Shown piece after piece: positions 55,427 to 64,000 of a stretch of DNA of 64,000 nt. How positions within the stretch are numbered: position 1 is the stretch's first letter; each line of letters starts with the position of its first letter. The DNA lies in the NCBI GenBank assembly GCA_964016885.1, contig OZ024740.1:305970001-306034000 (forward strand), given 5' to 3'. The notes under the pieces were generated by a model. That model did no database searches and was not told where the DNA came from. It saw only the letters and a list, made by a program, of their open reading frames with translations. The translations under genes and the position numbers were made by a program. Origin of the DNA: Eledone cirrhosa (Eukaryota).

Positions 55427-55613
55427 TGGTGGATTGGCAGTATCGGTAGAGGGTCGGACGCCATGCTTTCCAGCATAGTTACGTCCCTTTACGCTCTGAG
55501 TTCAAATCCCGCCGAGGTTGACTTTGCCTTTCATCCTTACGGGGTCGATAAAATAAAGTACCAGTAATGCACTGGGTAAGTGCTGGCCTTGTGCCTAAAG
55601 TAGAAACAATTAT
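55427..55613 (+). mobile_element. Near full-length Deu/Nin-like SINE
   Basis: Head, B-box, core, tail. Confidence 0.92.
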
Positions 55614-55974
55614 TTATCTTGGGAAACCTATGGCTGCTGCAGCTACCTTTTGTTTTGTTTTGAGAGATAGATAGACAGATAGACAGATAGATAGATATGT
55701 TTCTTTATTAGCCACAGGGGCACAAAAGAAGGGGACAAATACAAAGGGTGAAGTTTAGATACAATAAAAACGTGTAAAATATTATCACAAATGCAATTTA
55801 AAAAATTAGTCGATTTTCCCCAATAGGGGGAGACAGTTCATATGGGTAACACATACCCCCGAAAAAATGTGCAACCCTCATCTCCAGGAGTACGAAGAGT
55901 TTGTACTCCTTTCCTCTCCTCCTCCTTTTCCTCAACCTACAGGCTGATATAGAGAGAAGGCCCATGCACTCGGG

Positions 55975-56052
<78 letters not shown>

Positions 56053-56524
56053 TTCTGAAATAACTGCGGTTGATACAGCAACCGATCATCTTGCATCTAC
56101 TTGTCATTGGTTTCTGGCTGCTGATACTTAGAGAGCAGCATGTGTGTAGCACAAACATATGCTGCTTTGATCTCCTTGTGTAGATATCTCTTTAAAGTCC
56201 TCTGACGACGGGGAAGCAACGACCTGTACTGACCTAACGAGTTAGAGGTATGCAGTTGATAATCTACACGTAGGCGGTTTAAAGCTTATCTAACGTCGTT
56301 GCCAGTTTTCGGAATAGGAACTGGCTTGGGCGGAGTCTTTTGTGACTGAGCACCCCATTCAAGGAAGAACACTGCTCACCCAAATCTTGGGAGAGGTCTA
56401 GAAAAGTTGACCCCCAAACATTGTCTATTCCACCATCAAGCTGGTCAGCAACCTGCGGCCGACCGCTGTTCATACCGGCAGAAAAAACACGAAGAAGAAA
56501 ATTTTTCAAAAGAATAGAATTGCA

Positions 56525-59103
56525 TTGAATGTTGCGACATGGATTATAAGAACACTTCTTGACAGGGAACTATCCACAAATCCAGAACGCAGGACTGCTA
56601 TTGTTGGCAGAAAACTGAGCAAGTGCAATATTGATATAGCTCCACTCTCTGAAACACGTCTTAGTGGGGAAGGTCATCTATTACAGAGAGGTGCTGGATA
56701 TACGTTCTTCTGGAAAGTGAAACCAAATGGCGAGAAAAGCAATAGAGGAGTAGGTTTTGCTGTCCGGATAGAGATCACAAAACGACTGGAACAACCACAA
56801 GGCTTTAGTGATCGAATTATGCATCTAAGAGTTCCTCTTTCAAGGGGACGTTTCATGACTGTCATCTCAGTGTATGCCTCAACCCTGGATAGCAGCACTA
56901 AGTTTCAGCTGGTCATATGCAATACATTGTTTCAGCAAAAGGAGATACACAAGGAAACATTGATACACCCGAGATCGAAATATGGATGGACGCACCTTGC
57001 ATTATATCATTACCAGGAAGAGAGACCTCCAGGATATCAGCCCTGTAAGACCATATTTGAGAAAGCCTTCAAAAAAGCAAAATCAAAACTGCAAAGTATA
57101 ACACGAAAGATAAAGAACAACTAGTGGTCTGAAGTTTCAGCAGAGATGCAGAGGGCTTATAACTGCAGAGACTTGAAGGCATTATACAGCACAATAAGGC
57201 AAGTTTTGGGTCCACAGCCCTCAAAATTGGCATCAGTGAAATTAAAAGATAGGAACCTCCTCGTCAAAAATCCAGCAGGTATCATGAGCCAGTGGACTGA
57301 ACATTTTAAAGGTCTGTTTGACAACCCATCTGAAGTTGATGAGGAAATTATTAATGGACTGCTGCAAAGCGAGGCTGTAGCAGAGATGATGAATGATCCA
57401 ACCTTTGATGAAATAAAGTCAACTATCAAAGAGAATCACAGAGAAAGCTCCAAGTTTAGATGGAATACCTGTTGAGCTGATTTGCTTTGCAGGAGACAAT
57501 GTCGCCATGGCCATTCATGTGCTAGTCTTATCTGTATGGCGTGGTGAGCATGTACCGTTATACTGCGTAACTACAATTTTGCTCTTTATTTACAAGGGCA
57601 AGGGCTCTAAGTCGGAATGTGGTGATTATTATGATATAAGTCTGTTTGAATTGGTAAGAAAAGTCTTATCTAAGGTCTTGCTAATCGTTTAATAAAATGG
57701 ATCTTCCCTGGTACAATCACTGAAACCCAGTGTGGGTTCAAGGTTTCGTGGGGTACTATGGACATGATTTTCTCAGCCCATCAACTTATGGAGAAGTGTG
57801 TTGAGCAGCAAGTGCCACTATACCAAGTATTTGTGGACTTACCAAAGCCTTTGATATTGTTAATCGTAGTGCATTGTGGGTCATATTGAGGAAACTTGGA
57901 TGCCCTCATGAGTTTGTTGGAATATTCAGAAAACTCCATCAAAATATGAAGGCAAAAGTGAACTTCAACGGAACACTTTCAGAGCCAATTTCAGTGGAAA
58001 GCGGTGTTAAACAAGGTGACATACTTGCACCCACTCTGTTCGCCATCTACTTTCGCCATCTACTTTCGCCATCTACTGTGCTGCTGACATATGCCTTCCA
58101 ATACTTCGAAATCGGTGTGTACTTGCGAATTAGAACCTCCTGCAAAGTATTTAATCTAAGACGGTTTAACAACAAGTCCAAAACATTTAGCACTCTTGTT
58201 AGGGAGTTCCCGTATGCTGATGATGCAACTTTGGCTCTCACAGTAGAGGGCAGGCAGTTGATATTGGACACTGTGTTTGAGCTAAATATTAGTATAAAAA
58301 AGACAAAGGTCATGTACACTGAACCAGTTGGGAAAGTGCCAGACGTTTTCGTAAGAGGAAAAAGACTTGAGGTGGTGGACAGCTTTGTGTATCTCGGAAG
58401 TACACTTAGTAGGGATGGTACACTCGATGCTGAAATAGATCACAGGATTGCGAAAACAAGTCTTGCCTTTAGGAAGCTTAAGAAGCGGGTCTGGTCAAAT
58501 CGGGGTATAACGAAAAACCCAAAGCTTTCTGTGTATGAGGCCTGTGTTCTTACATCCCTGCTATACAGATGCAAAACGCTGACACCTTACAGACATTATA
58601 TCAGGCAGTTAGAAAGATTTCATCAGCATTGTATCCGACGCATCCTGAACATCAAGTGGTCCTCTTACACATCTGATGCTGCGGTATTTGAGAAAGCGTG
58701 TAACACCAGTATTGAGAGGAGGGTTATTATGAACCAGAGGCGTTGGGCTGGTCATATGGTCAGGATGGAAGATGGAAGGCTGCCTAAACAATTATTTTAT
58801 GGGGAGCTGACGAGAGGATAAATGTCACAGTATAAACCAAAGAAGAGGTTTAAGGATGTCATAAAACACAATCTTAAAGCTCTGAAGATTGATATGGAGA
58901 ACTGGGAGAGACTGGCTGAAGGCCGTACATCGTGGAGAAAGATCATCAAATATGGATGTGATGTCTTTGAGAAAAAGCTAGTGGAGCATGCTATTATGAA
59001 GCGTTCACTTCATAAGCGGGACTCAAGTGCAGTGCCTGCACAAATCCAGCAGCAATTGAGGTGCAATTCAAGCGTCACATCTGTGAATGTACCTGCAAAA
59101 TAA
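56525..59103 (+). pseudogene. Degenerate RTE/BovB-like LINE ORF (APE endonuclease plus RT), multiple frameshifts and deletions
   Basis: NVATWIIRTL, IDIAPLSETR, GYTFFW, GVGFAV, GVKQGDILAPTLF, YADD, FVYLGS, RWAGHMVRMEDGRLPKQLFYGEL; probable 5' UTR from about 56100. Confidence 0.93.
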
Positions 59104-59324
59104 AAGCTGACTGAATACGCACGTGTTTTTTTTTTCCTCTCATTTTTTTACCGTTCCATCCTCTTCTCACTCTTTATCTTTCTATTTTATCTTTTATTCC
59201 TAATTCTATCTTTTGATGAAAGACTAGTGTCGAAAACGTTAAGAACCTTTTCCTGTTATTTCAAGCGTTGAACTAATATATTTCTTAAATGTACTGTGTC
59301 GTTTGTTTTTTTATATCTGTTTAC

Positions 59325-60457
<1,133 letters not shown>

Positions 60458-61789
60458 GTGTGTGTATGTGTGTGCGTATGTGTCTGTGTAAATCATTTAA
60501 TTTTTGGTTCATGAAAAACTCTAAAAACCATCGACTGGCTATTACAATAGCCAAAACAATTAATAAAATAATCACAACTAATTACTGTCTCGTGTTTGTC
60601 CCATTTAAGGTGGACCAGTTCACAGCACGTCTGACCTTAGTTTTATGACCTTGGTCTGTGTGGCACGAGGTGGTCATGTAAGAGGTTTCTGTTCTGGACG
60701 AGAACAGTCACTAACAGTAAAAGCCGACACAGAAGATTACATAAGCTCAGAGTTATTAGATCTAATCCCTATATGAACATAATCGTGACGATCACACAGA
60801 GAGCTTAATCTTCAGCTGTGATATTTAGATAAGACAGAAACAAGTAAATCATGTAATTAATTAGACTTTATTTAATGTTTCCCACCAACTGTAATTTGGT
60901 GGAGTTCAAGTTTTCTATCAAAATATGTTTAGTTTGTGTAAATCATCAAATAACGCTATAAATTATATATTGATATAAAAATGTTGCATTATCCTCGCTA
61001 CTAACGATGACTTCTTTTCAACATTTGATGTATCCACATCGATTACATTGTGTCTGGCCACCACCTCCAACAAATGCACCAGTCCTGCTTGTTTCTCCTC
61101 ACAAATATACAAATATACAAATATAGAACCTTGGTTTATCCACCAACCTTAAATATTTCGGATATACTTTCCGTATAAAATTTATTTAATTAACCTTATA
61201 CTTGAAAATAAAGACCTTCAACTTTACCCCCCCCCCTTCCCACCTCTCTTTCTCTTTTTCACACTCATACACGTTCTCTTTTACTTTAGCTATCTCTCTA
61301 TCTCTCAGATGTTCTTTTTCTATCTCTTCTCTAGCTTCCTGGACACACAAGTTTCCCATTTACTCAATTGGTTAAGGTGATCCATCTGTAAACTCTAGCT
61401 CTGATATTTCAATGTCCAAAATTCCTCCAGCTCAACTTCATTTGCACAAGGCTATTATCCTAAAATTCGTACATTTTAAACCATATTCAACAGTAAATCT
61501 TTTTCCTTGTTCATGTTCCCAACTGTTCATCTTACACAACCAATACATGCAGTCTATCATACAACTAACACATGATCTGAACACATACCCAGTACACACA
61601 CAGAACATACGATTTATGTATACACCTATTAAACACGATAGTATTTATACATCAAAACTTAAATTGTACTGTTTCATCTCAACTTCTGTTTTAGATTCTC
61701 AAAGCACCATCGCCCTATTCTAATCATATACATGACACATGGTAGTTTGGTAAGGTTCTGTAACTCCTGATAGAGTCCTAGGGGCGCTA

Positions 61790-62042
61790 TATTGACATAC
61801 GGCGTTTCTTAGGCATGTTAAGTCTGGCGGAGCCTATCCCTCTCCAGGCCTGAGTACAGCAGATTTCTTCCAGAGAGGAAGAATCGACCCCAGTACTAGA
61901 CTAGTACTTATTTTATCGACCTCAAAAGGATGAAAGGCAAAGTTGACCTCGGCGGGATTTGAACTCAGAGATCAGAGAGTCGGAATAAATACCATAAAAC
62001 ATTCTATCCAACGTTCTAACGACTCTGTCAATTCGCTGCCTT
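61790..62042 (-). mobile_element. Deu/Nin-like SINE, long-tail subfamily
   Basis: Homologous to 52618-52925. Confidence 0.78.
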
Positions 62043-62303
62043 TACATGACACATATTGAAGCTCAAAGTTAGAATTTTCTCCTTTTATCATAATTTTGTT
62101 TCAACAACGAATTTAACATAACTGTTTAAATGATAATCATGTTCTTCAAAGTAGCTAATATTTTGTGGTGGCAATGAGAACATTTTAATTAGCTCACAGA
62201 CAATAATTCCCACTTTTCTTTCCGCCCCAAATTGCATTTCCACATTAGCGAAATTCTTTCCACATCAGAACCTGCATATTTTATCAAGCTAAATGACTTC
62301 TGT

Positions 62304-62585
62304 GGAGACGCGTGGCCTAGTGGTAATGGTGTTGGACTTACGATCATAATGTTGTGGGTTTAATTCCTGGACCATGTTGTGTGTTGTTTTCTTGAGCAAA
62401 ACACTTCATTTCACGTTTCTCCAGTATACACAGCTAACAATGAGTACCAGCAATAACTAGGAGTTTAACCCTGCGATAGACTGGCGTCTTGTCCAGGGGT
62501 GAGTTTTGTACTTTCAGTCGCTTCATGCCACGGAAACCGGGATAAGCACCTCCCTGAGGAGCTTCCGAGTTCGAATCAAACTTTC
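62304..62585 (+). mobile_element. tRNA-derived CORE/V-domain-like SINE
   Basis: GTGGCCTAGTGG A-box, GGTTTAATTCC B-box, CTTGAGCAAAACACTT, CCTGCGATAGACTGGCGTCTTGTCCAGGGG, ATGCCACGGAAACCGG. Confidence 0.78.
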
Positions 62586-62995
62586 GATTATGTTAGATCA
62601 TGACCTCTGTATAAAGCATAGCCCTGTATAAAGCATAGCCCTGTATAAAGCATAGCCCTGTATAAAGCATACCCAGCACAAGGTTCAAGATATCACCTAC
62701 CTAAGGTATTTAAAGGCGTATATTGAGTCTTATACAATATATATTTAGTCTAGCTGTGAGCAATTTAAGCTGTAATTACATCACAGCTACCGTCGGTATA
62801 AGTGTTAGAGCACTGTACACTTGTATTTCATATTTGTTAAACCCTGTTAGCAGTGAACTGCATACGCCGTGACACCCAGCTTTCTGCGACTACTATCTCA
62901 ATCTTCACTCAATACAATATCTCCCTGTCGTACAGCAAGTAACAGCTCCGTTACAATCTGCGGAGTAACATTAACTAACAAAGTAGTTTTCACGT

Positions 62996-63220
62996 AGACA
63001 CTTTATTTCACGTTGCTCCAGTCCACTCAGCTGGACAAAATGAGTTATACCTGTAATTCGAAAGATCTTGCCACATTCTGTGTCACACTGAATCTCCCTG
63101 TGAACTACAGGGAATGCTGAGTCTGTGGAATGCTCAGACACTTGCACGTTAATTTCACGAGCAAACTGTTCCGTTGATAGGATAAACTGGAACACTCGTC
63201 GTCGTAACCGACGGAGTGCT
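62996..63220 (+). mobile_element. 5'-truncated CORE-SINE with a different tail
   Basis: GACACTTTATTTCACGTTGCTCCAGTCCACTCAGCTG...CGTCGTAACCGACGGAGTGC. Confidence 0.65.
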
Positions 63221-63455
63221 TGAGACTATCAAATGAGCTTTCATGTAGTCCACGAGCTGTTCAATAAAACAGTTGTAAATATCTCGAATGGAACTTCTAA
63301 GCAATATGACAGTAAGTAAAGACTGGATGGTCGCCGCTAAAAACGCCGAAAGATTTAATTGTTTGAACTGTAGTTGCCAAAGTAATATGACAAAAAAAAA
63401 GGTTTTGACATACATACAGACAGTCAGACAGACGGACAGACTCGCAGAGTCAGGC

Positions 63456-63494
<39 letters not shown>

Positions 63495-63656
63495 CAGGTA
63501 GACAAGCAGGTAGACAAAAACATACATATAGACACACATATATACATACATAAATGCATACATACATTCACACACATACATTCACACATACATACATACA
63601 TACATACATACATACATACATACATACATACATACATACATACATACATACATACC

Positions 63657-64000
63657 TGATGATGTCTGCCCCCTCGTTATCGAGTTTGGCCATTGCACGA
63701 TATACCATTATTAATAGTTATTAATAAATTCTATCGTGCAATGCCTGTGCGTGAAGATATTTTTTAAAGTGAAGAATCCCACTGAGCCAACCCCACTCTC
63801 TGAGCGACAGTAGCTATAACCCGAAAAGAAGAAAAGATCAACATCATCGGTAACTACTGAGCCGCAGGTTTTATATCGGAGTTATCCCAGTTTCACGAGT
63901 TGCCTTCTCCTAGAAGAATGCCCTGACAAAGGCTAGGGGTCCTTCACTCCCAGTGGTTTAACCGCGCGATCGGGTGTCCAGACCGACTTTTTCTATGTCC
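63657..64000 (-). mobile_element. RTE-tailed SINE-like element (runs off the window), uninterrupted counterpart of 34892-35461
   Basis: Colinear with 34892-34964 plus 35156-35395. Confidence 0.78.

Noticed and set aside
60610-60775. GPVHS peptide reminiscent of the TRPV GPVHSSLYDL motif
   Set aside because: Similarity limited to five residues; the remainder does not resemble TRPV

Overview
Eukaryotic, extremely microsatellite-rich, mostly non-coding DNA. The repeat content (Deu/Nin-domain and CORE tRNA-SINEs, RTE-tailed SINEs, huge (TA)n/(CA)n/(TACA)n runs) suggests a cephalopod, probably octopus-like, intron or intergenic region; this is inferred, not verified. No intact host gene is recognisable and most ORF-track entries are translated microsatellites. 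Recognisable coding remnants are RTE LINEs, an R4/Dong-like and a CRE-like restriction-endonuclease LINE, an L1/Tx1-like 3' end, a Helitron RepHel fragment and a mariner N-terminus; one 69-nt candidate exon lies at 30132-30200. The main finding is about 25 type-I hammerhead ribozyme (HHR) motifs (CUGAnGA..stem II..GAAA..NUH with closing stem I), some degenerate, in roughly 8 sequence families. They sit in short non-coding elements usually bounded by (TA)n or (CA)n tracts. About 15 long fold-back palindromes occur in the same setting, and several carry one HHR per strand. One HHR unit has retrozyme/pseudo-LTR-like terminal direct repeats. This fits a diverse non-autonomous Penelope-like/retrozyme system. 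Motifs were folded by eye; activity and novelty are untested.
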